In this document: positions 54,562 through 63,473 of the stretch, piece by piece
How the letters are laid out: each line of letters starts with the position of its first letter
Position numbering within the stretch: the first letter of the stretch is position 1
Program-made: the position numbers and the translations under genes
The notes under the pieces: model-generated
What the model was told of the DNA's origin: nothing
Seen by the model: only the letters and a program-made list of their open reading frames with translations
Databases searched by the model: none
Assembly (NCBI GenBank): GCA_947629785.1
Contig: CANRFB010000006.1
Location: 1,977-65,976 of the forward strand
Direction: 5' to 3'
Length of the DNA: 64,000 bases
Source: an uncultured Clostridia bacterium
GTDB taxonomy: Bacteria; Bacillota; Clostridia; Oscillospirales; Ruminococcaceae

Positions 54562-56745
54562 TTATTTCATTTTTTGGCGGATAACGTTTATCGAGCGCGG
54601 GAGTAAAGACAAATTATTCCCATCTTTAACTTCAACATTATACGGAGAAACGGCTTCAGGGTTTTCAAAACTGTTTCGGGCGTCATAACTTCCAGCGGTA
54701 AGGACGGTCATTTCCGCGTCGTTTTCCGTTTCACGGTCGCAGGAAATCTTCACGGAAATTTCCTTTTCCGAAAAATTCACAAGCTTTGTGATAATTTCAT
54801 TTTTCTTGCTGTCAACGGTGCAGACTCCGAACATATTAGGAATAGGTTCAAGAGTATGTTCGTGGAGAATTTCCCCATTTAAAATTATTTTGAAATAGTC
54901 CTTTTCGGCGGTAATTTCCATGCTGTTCCGCGGCAGGATATTGCAGGGAATTTCGCCGCAAATCGTTTCGCACGACCAGCCGTTATAATGAACTACGCGG
55001 CTTTTTCCGTTTTCGGCTATCCAGTCAAAATGGTTCTGCTCCTCGCCCGCCGTTCCCCTGTCCCAGAAACGTATATGAACCGCATTATTTTTAAAATTTC
55101 CGGAAAATTTATTCCCATGTGTGATATTTCCGTCCTCATCGCAGAAATATCCGCTTTCGCTGCGCGGTGTGCTTTCGCTTATTACATTATGCCTGCAAAC
55201 ATAATCGCCGCGGTTTTCCGCAAACATTTTCAGCATATAATAGCTTGGAATAACATAATCCGCATGATTATTGAAAACTATCATATCGGGCTCCCAAGAA
55301 ACGTAATCGACATTCTTAAAAAGCGGCGCATAGCTTGTCATTCGCACCTTGTCCTGATTGCGTTCTATGCCCGTGAGGAACGCGGCTTCGCCCAGCGCGC
55401 CGTAAAGCGTCCCCGCCTTGCAGCCTATTGTTGAAGCATATTCGCCGCAGTAAATTTTCACGCCGTTCAGCTTATCATACATCTTTGAATTTGCCGCAAA
55501 AAATATCGGGGCGGAATAAAAATGCTCGTCCACGAATTCCGTGGGAAGCCCCGCATTTTCCGTATGGTCGGTGGCAATATAAATAAACTGCGGAAACTGC
55601 TTTTTCAGCTTTTCGTAAAAATATTCATAGCGCTTGAAATATTCCCCGCCCCAGTTTTCATTTCCTATCTCAATATATTTCAAAACTCTGAACGGTTCGG
55701 GGTGACCGTTTTCCGCACGCTTTTTTCCCCACTCGGTATTCTCGGGATAAATTGCGTACAATATCGCCTGAACCGTATCTTCGTAAAATTCTTCAATAAG
55801 CTTTTCGTCGAAATAGTCGGGACATCTTCCCTGACAGGTCATTCCGCAGTTGAAAACATACATTGCGTCAATTCCCGCATCTTCGCAGAATTGCAGATAT
55901 TCGTGAAATCCCAGTCCGTTTGTCGTCATGTACGACCAAAGCAGCCAATGGGGTTTCCGCTCCCAGACAGGACCTATCGTGTCTTTGAATCGGAACGCTG
56001 TTTCTTTTGAAAAACCCTCTACAATGCAGCCGCCGGGGAATCTGAGAAACGCAGGTTTAAGAGCGATGAGCCTTTCCGCAAGGGAACGCCGCAAGCCGTT
56101 TTCCCTACCCATGAAAGTGCCTTTCGGGAACAGTGAAACAAACCCGAAAGTAACTGTTTCATCAGCTTCCGAAAACAAGACAAGTCTTGCATTATTATCG
56201 GTTTTTATGCTTATAAATTCGCACTGATATTTTTTATAATCTCCCGAAACTTCAAAAGAATGTTCCGAATATTTTCCGCCGCTTCCGGAAGAAATGGAAA
56301 CGGTTATTTTAACAGGATTTTCAGACTTTGCAAACATATAAAATCTGTAACTTTCCCCGCATTGAACGGGTATTCCCATAAATCCCGAATTGCATATTTT
56401 CCCGCCGCGGAAATTAACTTTAAGCGCACGCCTACGGTTTGCGTTAAGCGTATCCTTATCGGTAAGCTGCATTTCCGCACCATTATACGCTTCCCAGCCT
56501 GCTATGCCCTCCTGTTCATAACAGTCGAAGGAAGAACTCCAGCCTGTGGGGGAAATTATAACTTTACTCTGCGGGTCGTATTTGCAGCCCTCGGGAATTA
56601 CCCCGTCGTCAAACGCCCTGTTGCGGATAAGTTCGGCATAAAGTCCGCCGTCCCCCGCTCTGTTTATATCCTCAAAAAACAGCCCGTAAAGGTCGGGAGA
56701 AACATCGGTCAGCTTTTCCTTGGTTTTTATTTCAACACTGTACAT
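54562..56745 (-). CDS. alpha-L-arabinofuranosidase, GH51-like with extended C-terminus
   Basis: LYGLFFEDINRAGDGGLYAELIRNRAF, FLRFPGGCIVEG, IEIGNENWG (acid/base Glu context), CGEYA. Confidence 0.85.
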   Translation of the reverse strand: MYSVEIKTKEKLTDVSPDLYGLFFEDINRAGDGGLYAELIRNRAFDDGVIPEGCKYDPQSKVIISPTGWSSSFDCYEQEGIAGWEAYNGAEMQLTDKDTLNANRRRALKVNFRGGKICNSGFMGIPVQCGESYRFYMFAKSENPVKITVSISSGSGGKYSEHSFEVSGDYKKYQCEFISIKTDNNARLVLFSEADETVTFGFVSLFPKGTFMGRENGLRRSLAERLIALKPAFLRFPGGCIVEGFSKETAFRFKDTIGPVWERKPHWLLWSYMTTNGLGFHEYLQFCEDAGIDAMYVFNCGMTCQGRCPDYFDEKLIEEFYEDTVQAILYAIYPENTEWGKKRAENGHPEPFRVLKYIEIGNENWGGEYFKRYEYFYEKLKKQFPQFIYIATDHTENAGLPTEFVDEHFYSAPIFFAANSKMYDKLNGVKIYCGEYASTIGCKAGTLYGALGEAAFLTGIERNQDKVRMTSYAPLFKNVDYVSWEPDMIVFNNHADYVIPSYYMLKMFAENRGDYVCRHNVISESTPRSESGYFCDEDGNITHGNKFSGNFKNNAVHIRFWDRGTAGEEQNHFDWIAENGKSRVVHYNGWSCETICGEIPCNILPRNSMEITAEKDYFKIILNGEILHEHTLEPIPNMFGVCTVDSKKNEIITKLVNFSEKEISVKISCDRETENDAEMTVLTAGSYDARNSFENPEAVSPYNVEVKDGNNLSLLPRSINVIRQKMK

Positions 56746-56760
56746 ATTAAAACCTCTTTG

Positions 56761-56796
56761 AAAAAATTGACCGACAGCCGTTTAAAACTGTCGGTC
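56761..56796 (-). terminator. intrinsic terminator after the GH94 gene
   Basis: GACCGACAG / CTGTCGGTC stem followed on the minus strand by TTTTTT. Confidence 0.7.
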
Positions 56797-56815
56797 GGAA
56801 TTATACACTTAAAAA

Positions 56816-59290
56816 TCAGCCCATTACTGCCACTACATCGTGAACGCCGCCGTCAAATACGGGAAGAATATTTCCCTCAATAGCCTTTCCGTCAACCGTA
56901 ACGGACTTGATACCCTTTGAAACATGGTTCGGGTTCTCGATCTTGACGTTGTAAGTTGCGCCTCTGTATGCTCTGGAAACGCTGTAGCCGTCCCATGCCT
57001 TGGGAATAGACGGATCAATTTTCAGTCCGTCATAAGACGGGATAATTCCCAGAATGTACTGTGAAATTGCCACAAAGTTCCAAGCCGCAGTACCTGTGAG
57101 CCAGCTGTTCTTAGCTTCGCCGAAACGCTTAGCGTCCTTACCTGCGATCATCTGTGCATAAACGTAGGGTTCTGTTCTGTGAAGCTTTTCATCGTCCTGA
57201 TATGCGGGAGCAATTCTTGTATAGTAGTCAAATGCAGTATCGCCCATTCCCGCATGAGCCGCAGCACACATTATCCATGCGTTGTTGTGGCAGAATATTC
57301 CTGCATTTTCCTTGTAACCGCCGGGATATGTGGAGATCTCGCCGTATTCAACAATATACTTGGTAAATGCGGGGTTATTGAGAACAAGTCCGTGTTCCGT
57401 GCCAAGGTACTTGTCTATGCTTGCCATGGTCTTTTCGGTGAATTCCTTGCCGCCAATGTCCGACATTACGCAGAAGCCCTGCGGTTCAATGAATATCTTG
57501 CCTTCGGCGTTTTCGTTAGAACCGACTTTCTTGCCATAAGCGTCATACGCACGCAGGAACCATTCGCCGTCCCAGCCGTACTTAACGATGGCATCTTTCA
57601 TCTTGTCGATCTCGGCTTGCGCTTTGTCCGCTTCGGCATTGTCGCCCATTCTGCGGCAGAGTTCAACATACTCTGGTCCGATATATGTGAACATTCCCGC
57701 GATCATAACGGATTCGGCGGTCTGCTCGTTCAGCGGCTTGCCTGTTTCGGGGTCAACTTCCTTGGCGATATTACTTGCAGTATTCTGGAAACTTTCGCCG
57801 GGAACGCGTGAGAAGCAGTTCAGGTTCAGGCAGTCGTTCCAGTCGGCGCGTCCGATAAGAGGAAGTCCGTGAGGTCCTTTATTGTTTACAACGTGGTAAA
57901 AACTTCTCTTAAGGTGGTCAAGAAGCGGCTGTGCAAGCTTGGGATCGTTCTTGTAATCCACCTGTTCCTTGAGAATGTCGTAATCGCCTGTTTCCTTGAT
58001 ATAAGCGGCTGTAGAAAGTATCATCCAAAGCGGGTCGTCATTGAAGTTCGTACCTGCGGCGTCGTTTCCCTTTTTGGTAAGAGGCTGATACTGGTGGTAG
58101 TTTCCGCCGTCCTCAAGCTGAGTTGCAGCAATATCGAGAATTCTCTCCCTTGCTCTTTCGGGGATCTGATGAACAAATCCCAGCAAGTCCTGATTGGAAT
58201 CGCGGAATCCCATTCCGCGTCCGATACCGCTTTCAAAATACGAAGCAGAACGGGACATATTGAATGTTACCATGCACTGATACTGATTCCAGATATTTAC
58301 CTGTCTGTTCAGCTTCTCATCGGGAGATTTAAGCGTATACTTGGCAAGGAGCTCGTCCCAGTCTTTCTTGAGTTCGGCAAGAGCGGCGTCTACTTTCTCC
58401 GCTGTGTCGAACTTCTTCATCATCTCGTAAGCCTTGGACTTGTTCATGCTGCCGTCGGCATTGAACTTTTCGGGGTAAGGATTTTCCACATAGCCCAGCA
58501 TGAAAACAAGAGTTTTCTCCTCGCCTGCTCCGAGGGTAATTTCCTTATAATGCGAAGCTATGGGCGACCAGCCGTCCGCAACGGAATTTGCGGGCTTGCC
58601 GTTCATTACGGTTTCGGGGTTATGGAAATCGTGGTAAATATCGCCCATGAATGTTTCCCGGTCGGTGTCATAGCCGTCAACGGTATCGTTTACGGCATAA
58701 AAAGCAAAGTGGTTTCTTCTTTCCTTATATTCGGTCTTGTGGTAAATTACCGCGCCGTCCTTTTCCAGTTCAACTTCACCGGTATTGAAGTTTCTCTGGA
58801 AGTTGGTGGAATCGTCCTGAGCGTCCCAGAGACACCATTCGATAAAGGAGAACAGTTTGAAACTCTTGGGAGCGCCGCTTTCGTTTTTCAGAACTACTTT
58901 CTGAATTTCGCCCGTAAAGTTATTGGGAACGAAAAACGTAACTTCCGCGGAAAGACCGTTTTTCTTACCGCTGATAACAGTATAGCCCATACCGTGGCGG
59001 CATTTATAGTCGTCAAGTTCAGTCTTGACGGGTGACCAGCCGGGATTCCAGACCGTTCCGCCGTCGTTTATGTAGAAATAGCGTCCGCCTGCGTCTGCGG
59101 GAACGTTATTATATCTGTATCGGGTAATACGGGCAAGACGGGCATCCTTGTAGAAGTGGTAGCCGCCTGCCGTGTTTGAGATAAGTGCGAAGAAATCCTG
59201 AGTTCCGAGGTAGTTTATCCATGGATATGGAGTACGGGGGGAGGTGATGACATATTCCTTATTTGCGTCATCATAGAAGCCGAATTTCAT
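56816..59290 (-). CDS. cbpA: cellobiose phosphorylase (GH94)
   Basis: [29 protein letters not shown] matches the canonical N-terminus of clostridial cellobiose phosphorylases. About 824 aa. The start is placed at the second ATG (59290). Confidence 0.9.
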   Translation of the reverse strand: MKFGFYDDANKEYVITSPRTPYPWINYLGTQDFFALISNTAGGYHFYKDARLARITRYRYNNVPADAGGRYFYINDGGTVWNPGWSPVKTELDDYKCRHGMGYTVISGKKNGLSAEVTFFVPNNFTGEIQKVVLKNESGAPKSFKLFSFIEWCLWDAQDDSTNFQRNFNTGEVELEKDGAVIYHKTEYKERRNHFAFYAVNDTVDGYDTDRETFMGDIYHDFHNPETVMNGKPANSVADGWSPIASHYKEITLGAGEEKTLVFMLGYVENPYPEKFNADGSMNKSKAYEMMKKFDTAEKVDAALAELKKDWDELLAKYTLKSPDEKLNRQVNIWNQYQCMVTFNMSRSASYFESGIGRGMGFRDSNQDLLGFVHQIPERARERILDIAATQLEDGGNYHQYQPLTKKGNDAAGTNFNDDPLWMILSTAAYIKETGDYDILKEQVDYKNDPKLAQPLLDHLKRSFYHVVNNKGPHGLPLIGRADWNDCLNLNCFSRVPGESFQNTASNIAKEVDPETGKPLNEQTAESVMIAGMFTYIGPEYVELCRRMGDNAEADKAQAEIDKMKDAIVKYGWDGEWFLRAYDAYGKKVGSNENAEGKIFIEPQGFCVMSDIGGKEFTEKTMASIDKYLGTEHGLVLNNPAFTKYIVEYGEISTYPGGYKENAGIFCHNNAWIMCAAAHAGMGDTAFDYYTRIAPAYQDDEKLHRTEPYVYAQMIAGKDAKRFGEAKNSWLTGTAAWNFVAISQYILGIIPSYDGLKIDPSIPKAWDGYSVSRAYRGATYNVKIENPNHVSKGIKSVTVDGKAIEGNILPVFDGGVHDVVAVMG

Positions 59291-59380
59291 CTGAAAAACC
59301 ATCCTTTCTGAAAAACCGCCGATACGGTCATCAATAAAAATACTAACAGTTATGTTTCGGAAACATACACTATCGGCATA

Positions 59381-59409
59381 ATTATACCATATCGGCGGAT
59401 TTTTATCAA
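59381..59409 (-). promoter_or_regulatory. sigma-A promoter of the GH94 gene
   Basis: Minus strand: TTGATA (59404-59409), 17 nt, TATAAT (59381-59386). Confidence 0.55.
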
Positions 59410-59486
59410 TAGCGGAACGGAAATTTCCCGTTCATACGCATAACAAATTTTTCTTAAAAAATTCGTCACTTTTTACAAAAATACAA

Positions 59487-60416
59487 TTATTGCTTGGCAA
59501 GCTTTGTTAGATTTGTATATTCGGGACGGAGAACTCTGTAAACTTCCACGCCGTTTTCCATTCCGAAAATGGAAATAAGTCCTCTATAGAACTGTTGTTT
59601 GCCGTCTGATTTCTTCAGAAGTTCTTTTATCTCCGAAATTTTCTTTTCATCGACCTGAATATTGGCTTTCTGAACTAAAGCTCTCAGGCTTTCCGGAAGC
59701 GGGTCGGCGGCTTCCGCAGTCTCCTTGACCGCCTTGGGTCTGCCGCGTTTCTTGGGCACGGGCTCTGCGGGAGTTTCCGTTTTCTGAACGGGCTGAACGG
59801 GTTTCTGCGGAATATCTGCCGGCTGTGCCGTTTTTTCCGGAACGCTGACAGGTTCAGCGGGAACAGCCGCGGGCTTGGTAATTCCGGAAGAAGCGGGAGC
59901 AGGCATCTGCGGTGCTTGTTTCGGAAGCGCGTTATTTACAGCCGGCGGCGGAACGGCGGGTTTTGGACCGGAAACAGTATTATGTAAGCGGGGAACCTCA
60001 TTGTTCTGCGTCTGCTGTATACGCGCGGTGAACGGTTTTTCCAAAGGCAGGGCGCGGTTTACGGAGGGCGCGCCGCTTACGGAAATTCCCGAAGCAAGAC
60101 CGTTCTTTTCCCAGAAATTCTTAACGTGTTCATAGCCGCGGTCGTTGCTTATTATGCAGAAATTCTTCTCCTCGCCCTTGCTTATAAGATAGCCCAGAAA
60201 GCTTGCAAGTTGAAAGTCCAAAGCGTTCTTTGTGCCGCTGGCGACATAATAATATATCACTTCCGCAGGGCAGGAAAGAAGATTCAGGTGCGCCGTAAAT
60301 GACAGACTCGCCGCGTTTACCGTATAGAATATATACACCTTGTCCTCTTTTGTAAGTTTCTGGATACCTGACAGACCTGCGGAATTGACGTTCTCAAAAT
60401 CCACAAGATAAACCAT
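59487..60416 (-). CDS. NYN/LabA-like (PIN-fold) domain protein with Pro-rich linker and small C-terminal domain
   Basis: MVYLVDFENV... and ...FCIISNDRGY match the NYN acidic motifs (D-x-E-N, S-x-D). There is a roughly 100-aa P/A/V/Q-rich linker containing KKRGRPK. Confidence 0.6.
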   Translation of the reverse strand: MVYLVDFENVNSAGLSGIQKLTKEDKVYIFYTVNAASLSFTAHLNLLSCPAEVIYYYVASGTKNALDFQLASFLGYLISKGEEKNFCIISNDRGYEHVKNFWEKNGLASGISVSGAPSVNRALPLEKPFTARIQQTQNNEVPRLHNTVSGPKPAVPPPAVNNALPKQAPQMPAPASSGITKPAAVPAEPVSVPEKTAQPADIPQKPVQPVQKTETPAEPVPKKRGRPKAVKETAEAADPLPESLRALVQKANIQVDEKKISEIKELLKKSDGKQQFYRGLISIFGMENGVEVYRVLRPEYTNLTKLAKQ

Positions 60417-60429
60417 TTTATCATTCCTT

Positions 60430-61692
60430 TCAGTTTATTTTAAATCCGTGCTTCTGTATTGCCGCCGCAAGATAAAGAGAACCCGCTATCAGCACCATTC
60501 CGTGTTCGCCCGCAAGGGAAACTGCCCTTGTAACGGCGTCGTTTATGCTTGAAGTCTCGCCGTCGCGGAACATTTCCGCAAGTTTAGGCGCGAAAACTGT
60601 TTTCGGCGCGAATCCGTCCAGACACACTGCTTTGTCGATATATCTGCTGATATATCCCACAGCAGTCTGCCAGTCCTTGTCCTCCATCATTCCGCAAACC
60701 ATTATTTTCGGGGTTTTGGGAACGGTCCTTACAAAATCCGCAAGTGCTCTCATTCCGTCGGGATTGTGCGCCCCGTCTATCATAATGAAAGGCTTGTCCG
60801 AATGTATTACCTGACATCTGCTGGGAACTTCCGCGGTTTTCACGCCCTCGTAAATATGCACATATGAAAGCCTGTTCCAGCCTGTATTCTTTAATGTGTA
60901 AAGCGTTTCTATGGCGGTAAGTGCGTTGTCTATCTGATGTTTTCCCAGCATGGAAACAAGGTATGCCATTCCCTTATATGTAAATTTACTTCCCGTGAAA
61001 TCGCATTTTTCAACTTTAAGCCTGTCCTTATTGGGAGTTACAAAAGGCGAATTGAACTGCATAGCCGTTCTGTACATAAGGGCGTGAACTTCCCGTTCCT
61101 GCGACGGGGCGAGTATCAGCGGACAGCCCTGCTTGATTATTCCCGCCTTTTGCCTTGCAATTTTTTCCACCGTATCGCCGAGTATGGCTGTATGGTCAAG
61201 GGAAATTGATGTTATCACCGACGCGCAGGACTTTTCTATGACATTCGTGCAGTCAAGCAGACCGCCTATACCCGCTTCCAGAACCACTATATCGCATTTC
61301 TGCGAAGCGAAATATACAAACGCGATAGCAGTGGTTATTTCAAACTGCGAACATTCCGTACACAAGCCGTCTATTATGGGTCTTATCTGCGTTACTATCT
61401 CCGCAAGTTCCATATCCGAAATATTCACGCCGTCAATTTTAATGCGGTCATTATATACTTTTATATACGGCGAAGTAAATTCTCCTGTTTTATAGCCCGC
61501 CTTTGTAAGCGAACCCGATATCATTCTCACGGTAGAACCTTTTCCGTTAGTTCCCGCAACGTGGACGAAATTCAGTTTATTCTGCGGGTCGCCCAGCGCG
61601 CGCATTATTCTTGCGAACCGCAGAAGATTATGTACAGGCTTTCCCAGTTTGGAAAAGCCGTTTATATATTCCATAGTTTCATAAATATCCAA
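60430..61692 (-). CDS. folC: folylpolyglutamate synthase / dihydrofolate synthase
   Basis: FVHVAGTNGKGST (P-loop), Mur ligase middle and C-terminal domains, DGAHNPDG. Confidence 0.9.
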   Translation of the reverse strand: MDIYETMEYINGFSKLGKPVHNLLRFARIMRALGDPQNKLNFVHVAGTNGKGSTVRMISGSLTKAGYKTGEFTSPYIKVYNDRIKIDGVNISDMELAEIVTQIRPIIDGLCTECSQFEITTAIAFVYFASQKCDIVVLEAGIGGLLDCTNVIEKSCASVITSISLDHTAILGDTVEKIARQKAGIIKQGCPLILAPSQEREVHALMYRTAMQFNSPFVTPNKDRLKVEKCDFTGSKFTYKGMAYLVSMLGKHQIDNALTAIETLYTLKNTGWNRLSYVHIYEGVKTAEVPSRCQVIHSDKPFIMIDGAHNPDGMRALADFVRTVPKTPKIMVCGMMEDKDWQTAVGYISRYIDKAVCLDGFAPKTVFAPKLAEMFRDGETSSINDAVTRAVSLAGEHGMVLIAGSLYLAAAIQKHGFKIN

Positions 61693-61712
61693 TACAAAAC
61701 ACCCCTTGGGTC

Positions 61713-61844
61713 AATGCGTAATTCGTAATTCGTAATGCGTAATTAAACCGCAGGTCTTGCCATGTTTAATGCACGCAAGGCACATATTTTAATATAACAA
61801 AAATTTGCCTGCAATTACGCATTACGCATTAAGCATTACGAATT
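61713..61844. repeat. 32-nt inverted repeat built from 4+4 heptads (NCGTAAT), separated by 68 nt
   Basis: Left arm AATGCGTAATTCGTAATTCGTAATGCGTAATT (61713-61744). Right arm AATTACGCATTACGCATTAAGCATTACGAATT (61813-61844). 28 of 32 positions are complementary. Confidence 0.8.
61786..61814 (-). promoter_or_regulatory. candidate folC promoter inside the repeat spacer
   Basis: Minus strand: TTGCAG (61809-61814), 17 nt, TAAAAT (61786-61791). Confidence 0.35.
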
Positions 61845-63195
61845 ATATATGGAGTATTGCCGATGCGACCGAGAAATATATCAGCAGCGAGCAGGAATCC
61901 ACCACTGTGGAAATAAGCGGATTTGCCATTATTGCAGGGTCTAAATGCAGTGCCTTGGCAAGCATTGGCAAAGCCGCGCCGACTAATTTTGCAATAACTA
62001 CCGTGCCGATAAGCGAAAACGCTATGACAAGCGCAAGGGAAACGTCCTTGTAGAATATAAGCACCCGAAGCCCGTTTACAAGCGCAAGGGTAACCGCGCA
62101 TATAAGCGCTATGCGCACTTCCTTGAAAACTACCCTGAAAAAGTCCTTTAACCGTATTTCTTCCAGAGCCATGCCGCGGATTATAAGCGTGGAACTCTGT
62201 GAACCGCAGTTTCCGCCCGTTCCCATTATCATCGGCATGAACGTAACCAGCATGGGGATAAGCGCGATCTGCGCTTCAAACTGCGAGGATATCCAGCCTG
62301 TAAGCGTTGCCGAAAGCATCAGTATCAGCAGCCACGGAATACGGCTTTTGGCATGGTCGAAAACAGACGTCCTGAAATATCCGTCCTCGGCGGGAACTAC
62401 CGCCGCCATCTTCGCAAAGTCCTCGGTATTTTCTTCCTGCAAAACGTCCATGGCATCGTCAAATGTGATAATGCCGACTATACGGTTCTCGTTGTCAACA
62501 ACGGGAATGGCGGCAAAGTCATATTTTGCCATAGTCCTTGCCACGTCCTCACGGTCGTCATGGGTATTTACCGAGATTACATTTGTTTCCATAATGTCCT
62601 TGATAAGTGTGTCCTCGTCGGCGACAAGCATATCAAGAACGGTAACTATTCCCACAAGCCGTCTGTGGGTTGAAATAACGTAACAAGTGTAAACTGTTTC
62701 CTTTACAAGACCTATCTTCCGTATTTTCTCAAAAGCTTCTTTTACGGTAATATCCCTTTGCAGGTAGACAAACTCGGTGGTCATTACCGAACCCGCGCTG
62801 TCTTTGGGGTAATTCAGCAGTTCGTTTATCTGCTTGCGGGTGTCGGCGTCGGTGTTTTTCAGAATACGGGAAACCAGATTTGCGGGCATTTCCTCAATAA
62901 TATCAACGGTATCGTCAAGATACAGTTCGTCGATAACGTCCCGCAGTTCCTTATCGGAAAAAGCGTTTATAAGCAACATCTGCTTATCGCTTTCCATGTA
63001 GGTGAATGTTTCCGCCGCAAGTTCTTTTGGAAGAATACGGTACAGCATGATAAGATTTTTTTCATCAAACTCGTCTGACTCGTACATTTCCTCCACAAGG
63101 GCGGCAATATCCGCAGGATTCATTTCCTGAAGTTCGGATTTAAGTCTGAAGAACTGCTTATTTCCCAGCAGTTCGAGGGCGGACAATTTGTCCAT
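61843..63195 (-). CDS. mgtE: magnesium transporter MgtE
   Basis: N-domain, tandem CBS (PVVDNENRIVGIITFDD), C-terminal 5-TM domain with GGNCGSQSSTL and conserved D in ...PLISTVVD. Confidence 0.92.
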   Translation of the reverse strand: MDKLSALELLGNKQFFRLKSELQEMNPADIAALVEEMYESDEFDEKNLIMLYRILPKELAAETFTYMESDKQMLLINAFSDKELRDVIDELYLDDTVDIIEEMPANLVSRILKNTDADTRKQINELLNYPKDSAGSVMTTEFVYLQRDITVKEAFEKIRKIGLVKETVYTCYVISTHRRLVGIVTVLDMLVADEDTLIKDIMETNVISVNTHDDREDVARTMAKYDFAAIPVVDNENRIVGIITFDDAMDVLQEENTEDFAKMAAVVPAEDGYFRTSVFDHAKSRIPWLLILMLSATLTGWISSQFEAQIALIPMLVTFMPMIMGTGGNCGSQSSTLIIRGMALEEIRLKDFFRVVFKEVRIALICAVTLALVNGLRVLIFYKDVSLALVIAFSLIGTVVIAKLVGAALPMLAKALHLDPAIMANPLISTVVDSCSLLIYFSVASAILHI

Positions 63196-63374
63196 AGCAA
63201 TTCCTCCTATTCAGTAAAATTTTGGAATAGAAGGCATAAAACTATATTGCCCGACGCGAAACAGACGCCGGACGGAGCTGCATCACAAAGCCGCAACTTC
63301 GGGGTTTTATGCCGTTACTACTGCCGACGTCCATCAGATTTCACTCCTTTTTTCGTAAAATACATACCTCTTAC

Positions 63375-63403
63375 ATTATACACACTTTCGTCAAAAATGT
63401 CAA
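63375..63403 (-). promoter_or_regulatory. sigma-A promoter of mgtE
   Basis: Minus strand: TTGACA (63398-63403), 17 nt, TGTG-TATAAT (63375-63380). It leaves a leader of about 170-180 nt. Confidence 0.6.
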
Positions 63404-63414
63404 GCAAATATGCG

Positions 63415-63459
63415 CATAAAATTTGCGCAGCCGCCAACGACCCATGACGACTGCGCAAA
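63415..63459 (-). terminator. intrinsic terminator of the upstream ABC ATPase gene
   Basis: TTTGCGCAG / CTGCGCAAA stem followed on the minus strand by TTTTAT. Confidence 0.65.
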
Positions 63460-63473
63460 AACTGTTACTTTTA

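Noticed and set aside
63196-63374. Calling the mgtE leader an M-box riboswitch.
   Set aside because: The conserved M-box core sequence was not recognisable by eye. It is reported only as a candidate leader needing a covariance-model search.
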